Shown here one piece after another: positions 42,545 through 60,670 of a DNA stretch of 64,000 nucleotides. Origin of the DNA: Eledone cirrhosa (taxonomy: Eukaryota). Both the position numbers and the translations under genes were made by a program. Each line of letters opens with the position of its first letter. The stretch's first letter is position 1. The DNA lies in assembly GCA_964016885.1 (NCBI GenBank), contig OZ024740.1, positions 41,912,001 through 41,976,000 of the forward strand. Reading direction: 5' to 3'. The notes under the pieces are model-generated. The model did not search any database. It worked only from the letters and a program-made list of their open reading frames with translations, and had not been told where the DNA came from.

Positions 42545-42690
42545 TCTACACCTCAGTCTGGGCGGTGATTCGACCGTGCGTCGCAGACATAAAGAGGAAG
42601 GCATTGTTACGGACGATGGCCAGTGACACCTGCTGCAACAGCCACCAGGCCTCACGAGGCTCCTTCCCCAGGCGGGTTGCTGTCTTTATT
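42545..42690 (-). mobile_element. CRE-like 3' fragment (different subfamily)
   Basis: ATRLGKEPREAWWLLQQVSLAIVRNNAF. Confidence 0.65.
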
Positions 42691-42996
42691 TGATTATTAT
42701 CATCGTTATTTTGTGAAATGATACGATTGAGCAACTTTTCAGAAAATGGCATGGGAGTGAATTTCTCTTTAGGATATCTAATTCCGACTGTCCAACATAA
42801 AAAAGAACGGATTATAAATATGTTACAGGCATATATCTTGATTTTAGTTTAAAAGATAGAAGAAGAAAATGAATTTATTCTTATTATCTGACACGTTCTT
42901 GTAGCTAATTGTACAGTTGTAGCTTCGTTGGAAAGTCAAAGTTTGTTGTTGTGTAGCCCCAATCTACCCAAACAGAGTAGAGCTGTGATCAAAGAC

Positions 42997-43218
42997 AGCG
43001 ATAGATTGGCAGTATCGGCAGAGCGTCGGACAACATACTTTGCGGCATTTAGTTATATCCCTTTATGTTCTGATTTTAAATCCTGTCGAAGTTAGTTTTG
43101 CCTTTCATACTTACGAGGACAATAAAATAAAGTACCAGTAATGCACTGGAGTCGATTGAATCAACTCTCCCCTTCTATTTAAATTGCTGGCCTTGTACCA
43201 AAAGCAGAAACAATTATT
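42997..43218 (+). mobile_element. SINE family 1, older long variant
   Basis: Carries an extra GTCGATTGAATCAACT..CCCC segment. Similar long variants lie at 44305-44515 (-) and 50125-50337 (-). Confidence 0.8.
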
Positions 43219-43657
43219 TTTAGGCCTAGTGTATCTAGAGCGATTTTATATCATATGTTCTCCCTTTTTGAAAATATTAGGATAAGGGTGATTTGGCTGC
43301 TATTTTTAGCTGGTCGAGCGACTCCGTAGATTTTCTCTAGTCAAAGTGTTAAAGTCTGATTTCTCGACCAATGATGTTGTTATTGTTAATATAGCTCTAT
43401 TTTGATGTTGACAATACTGTTTCTTGGTGCTTTTGTTGCTGTTAATACTGCCGATGGCAGACTGTCTGATCATGGTGGTGTTGTTGTTGTCACTGCCACC
43501 TATTGCGGTGGTGGTGGTGGTGGTGGAGGATTTGTTGCTGTTGTTGTTACTGCCACATGTTGTGGTGATGGTGGGGGAGTGTGGTAGGAGAGGAAGAGGC
43601 ATGTCAGAGATATTACCTTCCCACTCCTATCTCCTAACCTTCATAAAACATCTACAA

Positions 43658-43815
43658 TAATTGTTTCTACTTTAGGCACAAGGCCAGCAATAACCCAGTG
43701 TATTACTGGTACTTTATTTTATCGACCCCGTAAGGATGAAAGGCAAAGTCAACCTCGGCGGGATTTGAACTCAGATCGTAAAGGGACGTAACTATGCTGG
43801 AAAGCATGGCGTCTG
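43658..43815 (-). mobile_element. SINE family 1, 5'-truncated, with target-site duplication
   Basis: AAACATCTACAATAAT flanks both sides (about 43646 and 43816). Confidence 0.88.
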
Positions 43816-44679
43816 AAACATCTACAATAATATTACCATCTTTGGACAATTTATTTGAAAGGTGTCAAAATATCCTTTTCAAAAGTCAGCCCCGCGGGGC
43901 AAGAAATAAAAGTTCGAATAACTATTTCAGCGCATCTGATTCGCTATATTCCAGGCTAATACTTTTTCTATTGTGTCCACTGGGACCATGAGCTGGCATA
44001 CACCTTGGGTTCTACATATAGGAGAGCATTCTCTTATATTGCCCAGGAATATATCACTGTGGTAGCAATGGTGGTGCTCTGTCTATTTACGATACAATCA
44101 CATATATACATAGAGATACAAATTTGATTTTTATATGCCCAACTATAGTGTACATTGTGTACATATCAATTAGAAACAAGTTCCTCAAAATCTCGCCTCC
44201 ATTACAAATGATGTATGAAAAAATAAAAGATTTAAACTAGTCAACGAAACACAAACTTCCCAAAGCAAAACGAAGGTAAACCCAGACAAATCAAACAGTA
44301 ACAACAGTTTCTAATTTAGACTCAAGGCTAGCAGATTGTGGCAAGAGGAATGTCCATTAAATCGATCTGGTATATCACTGGTACTTTATTTTATCAACCA
44401 TAGGAGGGTGAGCTGTAATGTTGACCTCTGCGAGGTTTGAACTCAAAACGTAAAGGAATGTAACGAAATGTCGCAAATAATTTTGTTCGACGCTCTAATG
44501 GTACTGTCAATCTATTATCCATTAAATAATGGTTTCTACTTTTGGCATCGATCTCAGTACCTGATTGGTACTTTATTTTATCGAAGCATGAACTTCGGGA
44601 TTTTGAACTCAGATTGACATATTCATGGTCCAATGAGACCATGAAGAAGAACGTAGAAAACTAGATACCATGGCGATAG

Positions 44680-45013
44680 ATGTAAAATGCAAACAATACC
44701 TGTTCCTAGATATAGCCTGTCCTGTAGACAACGAGGTTTGCGACAAAAAAAACTAGCAATAGGAAAGATACCAAAAGTTAGCTTGGGAGATAAGACACCT
44801 ACTGTCCGTGAAGACGGTAGAAGTAATGCCAGTTGTGGGTGCATTAGGTACAGTTAGTTAATTAGAAAACTACATACAAAGAACAGAGGTTAACATCAAG
44901 GTGGAACACTTGCAGAAAACAACACTACCTGGAACTGATCGAATACTCAGAAAAGTACTTGAAAATCGAAGGTGTCACCTCAGATCACTTGCTGTGAACT
45001 GAGGTGACACCTC
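44680..45013 (+). mobile_element. R4/Dong-like RLE element 3' end with a 3' UTR hairpin
   Basis: DIACPVD, PVVGALGTV and EHLQKTTLPGTDRILRKVLE. The hairpin AGGTGTCACCTCAG..CTGAGGTGACACCT spans 44970-45012. Confidence 0.75.
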
Positions 45014-46639
45014 TATTACATCATTACATTTAAATGCTGTGCACAAGGTCAGTAATTTGAAGAGAAGGAGAAAGTCAATTAAACCGAGCTCGGTGCGTTA
45101 CTGCTACTTTATTTCTTCAACAAGCCTAAAAGCTGTTTCTTGTCCATTTACAAAATATATAAATTTATATTGAAAATAAAAAAAAAAAGATAACTAACGA
45201 TAATCATTTTAACTGGAATCATTATTTTATGTTGCTAAATCACTGTTGTATTATAAAAGAAAGCTTGAAGTCTGTAAGCAAATAAATCATTATATATTAA
45301 TTATTATCAGTTCACCCATTAAATGTAATTTACATCTACATAGTAAAGTTTACTAAATTATTTCCCAATAATTTTTATTTAAATTTGATTGACTAAAGAA
45401 TTGAATATTCAGTTTCTTATCTTATCTTTAGAAGTAAAGTTTTGTGGAGAGGCTTTTTTTGGTAGCTTCACGTGCTAGAAATAGCAGTTAAAGCCCTCTA
45501 AAATTATACCGTATCATCTGAATAATATAGATATACTTTGCCAGACACGCTGTGCCTTAACATTAGATGGGCGGGCTCGTAATATGTGGAGCATCTTTGA
45601 GAAGAGATCTGCTTGATCAAGGATGACCTAAGATTAAACAGTAACAATAAATGATATGGCGAAATTTTAGGTTGAATTCTTATAGAATTCTGATTATTAG
45701 GCACATGTTTAAAGTATCCATGTTAAAGAAAATGATAACAATGGGACAAGTCCTTAAATGTGCAGCGGAGGGTAGACAGGTTTGAAATTAACTCTAGTAC
45801 ATGACTGAGCCCAGTATGGTCAACTGAAAACAAGTTAGCTTCGCAATCGTTAGGTCCCTCGTTCGATCCTATTGCGTGGTATATTAGACAAATGTCATTT
45901 AACATACCTTCGGGTCGACCCTTGTGAATGGCATTGAGGAGATCGAAACTGTTTGGGAGCCTGTCGGATGGACTGTGTCTGTAATTCAAAGGTCCAGTCT
46001 TGACATACATTCTGCCACGTTGAATCGCCCGAGAATTAAATTAAGAATACACGTGTCTGTGGAATGTCCAGTTCATGTTCATTTCACGAGCGGGCTGTTC
46101 CATTGATTCAATAACTGGAGCATCCATCGTCGAAACCGACCAAGGTCCATGTCTGACATCAATGTAGCTACCCAGGAATAATAAAAATTGGGAGTAAAAG
46201 TGAGAATATAGAAGAGGATTACCAAATAACTGAAATCTAGTTTCGCCTAGTATTTTAATGTTTCTGCCTCCACCCGCCATCTTTCCCCTGAAAAAAAAAA
46301 TAGGGTAGAATGTTTCACTGAAACACTGCAATGAGATGCAATTAAGGTTGATCGGCAGAATTGTAATGGCGGTGAAATGGTGGAACAGTTAGAGCATCTA
46401 ACAAGTGCTTTGTTCCGGTTCTTTATGTTCTGAGTTCAAATTCCGTTGGGATTAACATGGTTTTTCATCATTATAAGGCAAATCACCTAAAGCAGCAATT
46501 AAATACTGAATCGAGTTAATCGAATCGATTGACTTCTGGAGTCAACCCCAAATTTGTGGGCCCGAGTCTATATAAAAAATGATCAATTACAGACAACAAC
46601 TATTGTGAACACTAAAACTGTTTTGGATGACGGAGCAAA

Positions 46640-47130
46640 TACTGAATTGAAGTCTATATACTCAGCAACAGCACATTAAAGAAGACCTGGTCTTCAAATA
46701 ATTGAAACCCAAAGAAAGCCACTGATGACATATGGAAGTGAGACGTAGGCACTCAACACCACCACAGCAGAGACTGTTGCAGTGACCCAACATAAACTGT
46801 AGTGAATCATGCTCGGCATCACTTTACATGACAGGAAGAGTAATACCTGCATTCGGCAGCAGACTACAGTAAAGGACATACTCGAGACCACGAAGAAGAG
46901 CAAGCATAAATGGGCTGGCCACGTCTCTCATTTCAGAGACAATGGGTGAACTATTAGAGTGACAGAGTGGACACCAAGGCAGTGGAGAAGAACCAGAGGG
47001 CGGCCAAAAGCCAGATGGCGCGATTATCTGACCCCATACCTCGGCCCCATATGGCCCAATATGGCCAAAAATAGGAAGCGTCGGAGGTCAACCAGGGAGA
47101 AGTTCTTCCAACAGGAGTGAGAAGTATCTG
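46640..47130 (+). mobile_element. RTE-clade LINE 3' remnant
   Basis: TYGSET*AL, IMLGITLHDRKSNTCIRQQTTVKDI, KHKWAGHVS and EWTPRQWRRTRGRPKARWRD. Confidence 0.85.
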
Positions 47131-50089
47131 GAGTTTGGATTTTGGATTTGGTCTTCAAACACATTCAGCTGTATTTATATCTGTATTACAATCATTTCTG
47201 TCACATATATCAATTGGAAGGGATGGAAATATAACTGACATTGAACATATATGACTGGCGATGATCTGGACTGATGATCTATGAGCAGCTCGTTCACTCG
47301 GTCACTTTGTCTCTGTTTATCACCGAATAAACCTCTACGTGGTCACTGCAAGAAATAGCAGTCAAATCCCCCTCAAATAATACCGTTTTATCTTTAAAAG
47401 AACATAAAGCACGACACATTGTATAATGTTGTTCTAGATATAATGTTTAAATAAACGGCGGGGTTTAGTCTGTTTTAACAATCGCGACCAAGACAATAGA
47501 ATGGTCATGGTTGGAATAATTTAAATAAGTCTGTTGTATCACTGCTAACTTTGGTATAAATGATAACCATAACCTGCTCAACCTTGATTTGAACTTGATT
47601 CAACGAATTGAGTAATTTACATTGAAAGAAGAAAGCATACTGTTGTTGGAAGAAGAAAAGTTAGAGGTAACCCAAATTGACGAACGCTGTAACGCCAACG
47701 GGAATATTGGAATTTTCATGTCCTTTTCTTTTTTGCCAGAACATCAAAGTATAATTTGTTTATAAAATGTAAAGTTATAGTAACACTGGTTGTTAAATAA
47801 CGGATTACTATTTCTAACATTATATAAAATAGTGTGACTTCGAATTTAATAAATTTATGAATAAATAATTAAATAAATAAAATATTTATTTCATTAAAAT
47901 GAAAACAGTATTGCTGATTGCATTTTGAAGTCAAGAAGATTGAAAAGATATTTATCGACTAGAAAAAATTATTTGGCATTGCCCGCGAGAAACTGTTTAT
48001 GGTAATATAATTTATATACGATTAAAACAAGTAACAAATTTAATAAAAACAACTTAATATTAAAAAAGTAACTTAAACTGTTGGAAACTCACTATTTCTT
48101 AGCATACCAGGTGTTCCACTAGAAATGTTGGTAATGAAAACAGCGACATAAATCATATGGCTGTTTTTTTCTTCTCCTTCTCAAACAGCTTGCATCAAGT
48201 ACAGTTATGAGAATTGTACAATATTGTGAAACGTTATCATTGCCATTCTTTTGAAGTTAAACTTATTACTGAAAATTTCGAAAGTGTAGATATCATAATG
48301 ATACTATGATAATCCCATTACTTTGAAGCTTTGTATTGCGGGAAGCTACGTAACAGTCAATTATTCTTCTTAAATGTTTGAGATACCTACTTCGATGTTA
48401 TGTTCTTTATCCATGTACGCTTTATCTTATATGAACTATATTTAGTAGTGTTAATTCAATCCAGACTAATATTAGCTAAACTTCTGAGAAATACATATAC
48501 GTATCAAAATCCCACGCACATATCCGTCCTTCTGATATAAAATTATATACATCACAACTATCTAATATTTCTGAACATCTGAAGTTATTAATCTGTTTTA
48601 GACCAGATTTAGTTTGAATGCAAAATATTAATATATTGATTATAAATCGATATATATTTGGTACGGTATGGCGTGACAACTCGTGTGGTTGTTTCAAGAA
48701 TGTATTGGTCCCCTCGTCAAATAGAAGTATCACATTATATATGTGAAAATATTGTTGCATAATTTTATCTCATTACGGTTTTCGAGATGTAATCCTATTA
48801 CATCACAACACCATTTGTTGATTAGCAACTCTAAACTAAGTTTGACAAGTCACGTAAAAAAACTACACTTTGCAGCAAAATCAAAATATGTTTTAAGCAT
48901 ATTAATACGTTGTAAATACTTGAAGCCTGCTGGTAGAAACGATAGAAAAGCAGACAAAATATCTGGCAGTATTTAGTTACTTGTCTTTATGTCATCTGTT
49001 CAATTTCACACCGAGTTACACTTTGCTATTTTTACTACCAAGGCCAATAAAATAAATACTGAGTGTTGCTGTTTAAAGCCCATTATCAGCTTTAATGAAG
49101 TTGAACTATAATGCCACAACAAACCCATTCTTTTGTTATATAACTATCTTTCACTGTCTTTTTTCTAGTGGATAGAATATGGGTTCCAGGAGATCAGGAT
49201 ACTACTTAGAGCAGTTGCATCAACACCATAAAAGCTTTTTCGTTAGCTGGAATAATACCAGTTAAATACTGTGGTTGATATTCATTAATTGTACCTTTCT
49301 AGATTTGAAGCAAAGGTATAAATATGTATATATGACATCATTATTAATATACTTTCACATTCTGAACTGCTTTAATTGATATATCTGTTGTCAGACAATC
49401 AAATCAATTACTTTAAATCACATCACCATAGGTATCCATTAATAGATTCATAGATAATCACTTCTTTTGACTGCTAGTTGAGAGTTCATTAGATCTGTGC
49501 GTATATGTATATGCACCATCAAAGATAAATCCTGTACTGCGGCTTTATACAGTATATGCAGTCTCTAATATTGTTTTATTAACGTCATTTAACTACTTCG
49601 ACTGACTACGTTATTATGTCTGCATTCATTTAACATGTGTACTTCTACAAATATTCTTATGCTAGATTATTCTGTCTATAAAAGTGTATGTTCCTGTAAC
49701 GAAACATAGAGTAAAAGCAATAATTTAATGACAAGAAACCATAAACCATAATAGACAAGGGGAATACAATAAGAAAACGAAAGAAATTGCGATCGGCATC
49801 AATATGATCCGTAAAATACATGACAAACCTCAAAAGAAGGTAAGAAGAAATCATTCTATTTATTTTTAAAGTGTACTTGATTGAACTAATACTCTGGCCT
49901 TGGGGAGATGAATTCTCAAGTCAATATATATTTTACGGACAAAGCCAACTGACAGGAGACCCAGAGGTAGATCACGAGTAGGATGGTTGGGTATCATTAA
50001 TGCGCTTGTTTGTTCTCGCTTGAGGATCTACCCGGATAAATTGGAGATAGTTGCCTCTTATAGACAATTGCCTCAAGAATAAGTGGACA

Positions 50090-50122
<33 letters not shown>

Positions 50123-51238
50123 TAATGGTTCCTGATTTAGGCACAAGGCCAACAATGTTTTGGGAGGGGGAAAGTCGATTAAATCGACACCAGTGCATTA
50201 CTGGTGCTTTATGTATCGACCCCGTAAGGATGAAAGGCAAAGCTAACCTCGGCGGGATTTGAACTCAGAACGTAATGGGCCGTAACTCTATGCTGCAAAG
50301 TATTTTGTCCAGCGCTCTACCGACATTGCCAAACCAGCACTCTAATAAGTATGACAATGATGATAATAATAATAACAGAAACATGCTTTACATGAAAAAT
50401 TAAAATAGTATACCAAATTGCTTCTTCTATGATTAATCAGGAAGCGCGTACCTCAAGAAGAGGCCAATCTGAGGTCGAAAAGACATCTATTGGCACAAAC
50501 TCTTCTCAGAATACGGACCTGGATGATCACTTGAGAGGGGATACCCCAACTCGAGCCCTCCAAGTTCATCACCATAACCACCACAAAAATAAAAATGTAA
50601 AAGGATCAAATGATCTCGGGAAGAGTATAAAGAAGTAATATAAGCTTATTACAATATATTAAGTAAGCTATCTCAAGAGAGTCACACCTCAAGTTCTTAC
50701 AAAATACTCTGTCTTAGGTGTTGGGAAGACACTCGGTAAGAAATGGACACAAAACTGAAGAAAGACGAACAACATAAACAAAAATATGATTCTGATGTGA
50801 TTTGAAATCAGAATGTAATTAAATAACACTTCTGTTTTACAGATTCTACCATTTTGTATGGAGTTGCAGTAGCACTGTAGTGGTATACACCATTTATTGG
50901 GCACATCTGCCAGAACCCATGCCTCCGATTCTTCCAGAGAAGGATATATATATATACATAACTTTGATAGGTTTCGGCCAGTATTGGCCCAGGCCATGTC
51001 TAACTTAATAGCAATATATATATATATATATATATATATCTCAAACGATTGGTCTTTCCAATTGCTAATACTATCTATCGGTCGCAACTCCAGGTAGAAA
51101 GAGCAACGTGAAATAAAGTGTCTTGCTCAAGGACATAACGCATCGCCTGGTCCAGGAATCGAACTCACAACCTTAAGATTGCGAATCCAATTCTCTAACC
51201 ACTCAGCCACACGCCTTCACATACATACATACATATAT

Positions 51239-51429
<191 letters not shown>

Positions 51430-51481
51430 CATACATACATATATACACATACATATATATATATATATACATACATATATA

Positions 51482-54003
<2,522 letters not shown>

Positions 54004-54094
54004 AAGAAGCAAAAAATTCTTATTGTGATCCAGTTTTTGGTTAAGAAATACCTGGATTAAATCCTTCTCTTAATGCTTACCTGTTTTCTCTTTA

Positions 54095-54126
<32 letters not shown>

Positions 54127-54140
54127 TATATATATATAAT

Positions 54141-54197
<57 letters not shown>

Positions 54198-54203
54198 ATA
54201 TAT

Positions 54204-54237
<34 letters not shown>

Positions 54238-54285
54238 ATATATATATATATTATATATTATATATATATATATATTATATATTAT

Positions 54286-54335
<50 letters not shown>

Positions 54336-54433
54336 TATATATATAATATATATATATATATAATATATATATATATATATAATATATATATATATATATA
54401 ATATATATATATATATATAATATATATATATAT

Positions 54434-54527
<94 letters not shown>

Positions 54528-54530
<3 letters not shown>

Positions 54531-54950
54531 GGAGGTGAGTTTTATTGTAGTACAATAAAGCAATGCAGATATCGGATAAGAAGCACTCTACAGTTTGTGG
54601 GACTGGAGTATGCATAATATAAGATCAAAAGATGGTTAAAGGAGTTCCATATATTTTATTATGCGCATTTCAAAAACAAACATCATCAAGCAATAATATT
54701 TGTGTTTTCATCAGATAAAACCGGAGAACATGATATGAAGGCTAAAAAACACTTGTTGATAGTGCAGTTTTAAATCAACATATGATATGTTGATTTAAAA
54801 CTGCACTATCAACAAGTGTTTTTTAGCCTTCATATCATGTTCTCCTGTTTTATCTGATGAAAACACAAATATTATTGCTTGATGATGTTTGTTTTTGAAA
54901 TGCGCATAATAAAATATATGGAACTCCTTTAACCATCTTTTGATCTCATA
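54528..54950. mobile_element. Near-perfect fold-back pLTR-like module with two hammerheads, in (TA)n
   Basis: Arms at about 54622-54783 and 54785-54945 with a 1-nt spacer. The left arm extends about 95 nt further. Confidence 0.9.
54847..54915 (+). ncRNA. Type I hammerhead ribozyme (mirror copy on - at about 54653-54721)
   Basis: GTTTTAT-CTGATGA-AAACACAAATATTATT GCTT GATGATGTTTGTTTTT-GAAA-TGCGCA-TA-ATAAAAT. Predicted cleavage is after 54908. Confidence 0.88.
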
Positions 54951-54985
54951 TTATATATATATAATATATATATATATAATATATA

Positions 54986-55127
<142 letters not shown>

Positions 55128-55139
55128 TATATATATAAT

Positions 55140-55219
<80 letters not shown>

Positions 55220-55268
55220 ATATATATATATATGATATATATATATATATATATATAATATATAATAT

Positions 55269-55374
<106 letters not shown>

Positions 55375-55375
55375 T

Positions 55376-55407
<32 letters not shown>

Positions 55408-55416
55408 ATATATATA

Positions 55417-55483
<67 letters not shown>

Positions 55484-55489
<6 letters not shown>

Positions 55490-56090
55490 ATACTTTGGGA
55501 GGGTCATGTTGCCAATAAGAAACACACGCACAAGTTGCTTTCACTTCAATTTATTATAATAAATTTATAAATTTAGGAATTTATAAATTTCCGGTTGGTT
55601 GGTTGGCTCCACAACCAGATGGTTGTTTATATATTGTCAAAGTTCTTTTGTCACACATTCTGTGACCTCTTCGGTGACTGGGGATTCTTTTCTTTGTTTT
55701 TGTGCCTCTCCTTTGTTCTGTCCTACGCCATCTTGTTTCTGTGTGTGTGTTGTGTGCTCCCAACACACACACAGAAACAAGATGGCGTAAGACAGAACAA
55801 AGGAGAGGCACAAAAACAAAGAAAGGAATCCCAGTCACTGAAGAGGTCACAGAATGTGTGACAAAAGAACTTTGACAATATATAAACAACCATCTGGTTG
55901 TGGAACCAACCAACCAACTGGAAATTTATAAATTCCTAAATTTATAAATTTATTATAATAAATTGAAATGAAAGCACTGGTGCGTGTGTTTCTTATTAGC
56001 AACATGACCCTCCCAAAGTATAACAATATCGATTTCAACACACGTTTTCAGATAAAGAATCTTGCTAAACAAATTCAGAAACGAAATATA
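55484..56090. mobile_element. Fold-back module of about 540 bp with a degenerate hammerhead
   Basis: Arms at about 55484-55752 and 55761-56028. GTCA-CTGAAGA-GGTCACA GAATG TGTGAC-AAAAGAACTT-TGAC at 55834-55876 lacks the G of GAAA. Confidence 0.85.
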
Positions 56091-56095
56091 TATAT

Positions 56096-56173
<78 letters not shown>

Positions 56174-56511
56174 ATAATAATAAAATTGAAGACTAAAATC
56201 GCCGTTCTAAGTGACTCTGCCACTTCGCTGCCTCCGTCACTCTCTTACCAATATTTATAACAGCACTTACAACTAAACTTAATATTCAAATATTTCACTC
56301 CTCCTCTCTCTATCGGCTGCTTACAGTAAATTATTTCTAGCAGATACTCGAATAATAATTTTCCTTCCATCTGAATTAATAGACGTAGACCACACGATGA
56401 TAATATAATTATTGTGAAAATGACTAGAAGGCAAGTTGAAAACTAAATTAATGTAGTTTTTCACCCCGGTGCAAGAAAATTAAGTACGCAAAAAAAATAT
56501 ACAAATGTGTT

Positions 56512-56859
<348 letters not shown>

Positions 56860-57455
56860 GTATATAACAACGACAACATTTATAACTACAAAGATACAAA
56901 TAGAAATAGAAATTGAAAATTTTAATAAAATGTCAGAATTAATTCATGCAGATGGTTCAATCGATAATTTCAGTGGAGGAAGAAACACGTTGCTGTCTCA
57001 TCTAACTGTTAATTGGTGCAACACTATGTTCATAAACAGCATACCCATTTCTATCACCACAGCACCCCCTCAGGTAATATGGAGCTAGTACATTGGCACT
57101 GGTTTATATATAACAGCGGGGATTTTGGTTGGCTTGCGTTGTTGAGTTCAACTTTAAATCTTGCTACAAGGTAGGAGTATATTTATTTGATCATATCGAC
57201 CCCTGTAATTATTTTTCAAGTTTGCTACATACATTATTGATTTCATTCTTGTTAAACTACCAAGATATGAGACATAAACACAAATTTAAATATAGACACG
57301 TACGACAGGCTTCTGTAACTTCCATCTACCAAATTCCACACACAAAACATTTATAAAGCCAAGGATATAGTAGAAGACAATTTCCCAAGGTTCCACACTG
57401 CGACTCAACCCAGAAACGGATGGTTGCAAAGTAAACTATTTAACCACGCAGTCAC

Positions 57456-58250
57456 GCTTGCAGCATATTTTCCACTTTAACCATCCGTTCATACTTGCAG
57501 CATATTTTCCACGCGAACCACTCGTTCATGCTTGCAGCATATTTTCCACTTTAACCTCTCGTTGCAGCATATTTTCCACCTTAACCTCTCGTTGCAGCAT
57601 ATTTTCCACTTTAACCACCCGTTCATACTTGCAGCATATTTTCCACGCGAACCACTCGTTCATTCTTGCAGTGTATTTTCCACTTTAACCTCTCGTTGCA
57701 GCATATTTTCCACTTTAACCTCTCGTTGCAGCATATTTTCCACCTTAACCACCCATTCATACTTGTAGCATATTTTCCACCTTAACCACTCGTCCATACT
57801 TGCAGCATATTTTCCACCTTAACCACTCGTTCATACAACGTATTTTCCACCTAAACCACTCGTCCATACAGCATATTTTCCACCTTAACCACTCGTCCAT
57901 ACTTGCAGTGTATTTTCCACCTTAACCACTCGTCCATACTTGCAGTGTATTTTCGACCTTAACCACTCGTTCATACTTGCAGTGTATTTTCCACCTTAAC
58001 CACTCGTCCATACTTGCAGCGTATTTTCCACCTTAACCACTCGTTCATACTTGCAGTGTATTTTCCACCTTAACCACTCGTCCATACTTGCAGTGTATTT
58101 TCCACCTTAACCACTCGTCCATACTTGCAGCGTATTTTCCACCTTAACCACTCGTTCATACTTGCAGTGTATTTTCCACCTTAAGCACTCGTTCATATTT
58201 GCAGTGTATTTTCCACCTTAACCACTCGTTCATATTTGCAGTGTATTTTC
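57456..58250 (+). repeat. 37-bp minisatellite with 30-bp variants
   Basis: About 22 units of CTTGCAG(CA/TG)TATTTTCCACCTTAACCACTCGT(C/T)CATA. Confidence 0.93.
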
Positions 58251-59134
58251 GCTCGAAACCAGCAAACCACTAAGAATTTCATTCTCCTGCGCAACATCTT
58301 CAGTGGTAAATAAGCAATAAAAATAAGAGAAAATTATTAATTACTTCGTTCGTCTTCAGGTGGGACCATTTCTATGTATCTGTTGCGAAATATTGAAAGC
58401 TAAGAAGAAAGAAATAGAGAAAACAAGATAAGTCTACTGCTACAACTAATTATTTGTTACATATCAGATTTTTTCTCCCACGTAGGTCCGATATATATTT
58501 ACATGATATTTCTGTAATAGGTTGATAGCGATTATTACGTACATATACAGAGACAAACACGCCCCCCACACCCCACACACACACAGTTACACACACTCGC
58601 ATATACACAGTCTGTTGCACAAAGACATACATATTTATAAAGCAGTTTTGACAGCAGTGTGGGTAGAATGTAGACAAGTGGCGCAGGATTTCAATAACGC
58701 TAAGTAAGAGATACTTTCTGTTCTCCGAAATTGGCGTCAGACATATTCGTCTCGGACCAAATGAGAACAGAAATAATAAGTTCCAATAAAATATCTGGAA
58801 ATATGCATATGCATATATATATGTAAGTATGTATATGTATGCATGAATGCACATATATAAAATACATTTACATATATATATGTATATGTATTTGAAAATT
58901 GAATTAGAAGCTTTCGCCGTATATGGACTACAGAAAATACTCTAAGAACAGGGTATTTAAGCTTCCATAACGGGAGAAAATGCTGATATTTATTTTGTTT
59001 CGTTGTGAGGGCTTATATGCTCTTTCATTGTACTATTTTCTGAGGTCAAAATACGGCGAAAGTTTCTATATCGATTTTCAATAACGCCGTATTCTAAACA
59101 CAAGTGCTCATATACCTCTCTTTCTCTCTCAGTG

Positions 59135-59219
<85 letters not shown>

Positions 59220-59522
59220 TTAACCTGCCATTGAACAACATTGGCATATGGTTGGACAATACATGTGTCCCTTAGCGCCTTGTGCGTGTAGGAACATATA
59301 CTCTATTATTATTCTCCTCTTGGTTGAGAAAAAAATTTGGTCGTTCTGACTGCTGCTAGTTATAGCAGAAGCCATCTGACCTCCCTGCCTCCGCCTCTAT
59401 CTTTACACTCGGCCCTTGAAAAAATTGATTCCACTTCATTTTCTCTCATCTCGGGAACAATTTTGAATAGCGCCAGTTCGTAATTTGAATTCGCGAATTT
59501 TATATTCTTCGAATGAAAAGAT

Positions 59523-59604
59523 CCTTCTGACGAGATCCTTTCTTTGCAACGGTTGCCGTATGGACTCCATTTATTTTTGAGACTCGAAACCGATTCGGTA
59601 AAGG
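59523..59604 (+). ncRNA. Type I hammerhead ribozyme inside a TA-flanked module (59221-59675)
   Basis: CCTT-CTGACGA-GA..(about 48 nt)..TC-GAAA-CCGATTCGG-TA-AAGG. Predicted cleavage is after 59600. Confidence 0.72.
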
Positions 59605-59693
59605 TAACTATAGTAAGTAAAGTTAATTTTTTAAAATTTATTTTGAAACTTTTTCTTATTTGCTAAACCTTGATTATATATATATATATATAT

Positions 59694-59890
59694 AGGAACA
59701 AATAAGACCCCGACGGCTGAGCTCAAGCCGTTTCGACGGCTAATTCTGTACTCAGTACATTATTAGCCGTCGAAACGGCTTGAGCTCAGCCGTCGGGGTC
59801 TTATTTGTTCCTATTACCCACTCTACTACCCTAAGTATTGAGTACTTTGGTGCGTTATGGTCCACCTGGTTCCTTACCACATTTCCTTCG

Positions 59891-59893
<3 letters not shown>
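59694..59893. mobile_element. Family B fold-back module
   Basis: Arms at 59694-59744 and 59762-59813. The long arm continues to CCACATTTCCTTCGT(TA)n. Confidence 0.85.
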
Positions 59894-60459
<566 letters not shown>

Positions 60460-60460
60460 C

Positions 60461-60500
<40 letters not shown>

Positions 60501-60580
60501 ACATACATATATATACAGATACATATATATACACATACATATATATACACATACATATATATACACATACATATATATAT

Positions 60581-60649
<69 letters not shown>

Positions 60650-60670
60650 AATATATGTGTGTGTGTGTGT

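Noticed and set aside
45723-46331. Minus-strand ORFs of 95-96 aa
   Set aside because: They are mostly antisense readings of family-2 and family-3 SINEs. The short MAGGGRNIK segment after an acceptor-like site has no further support.
48130-48900. Possible DNA transposase remnants here and at about 40560-40720
   Set aside because: Only vague motif resemblance in stop-ridden frames, which cannot be supported without a profile search.
57456-58250. 37-bp repeats of CRISPR-like length, also the 40-bp array at 62545-63120
   Set aside because: The units are contiguous with no unique spacers, there are no cas genes, and the context is eukaryotic.
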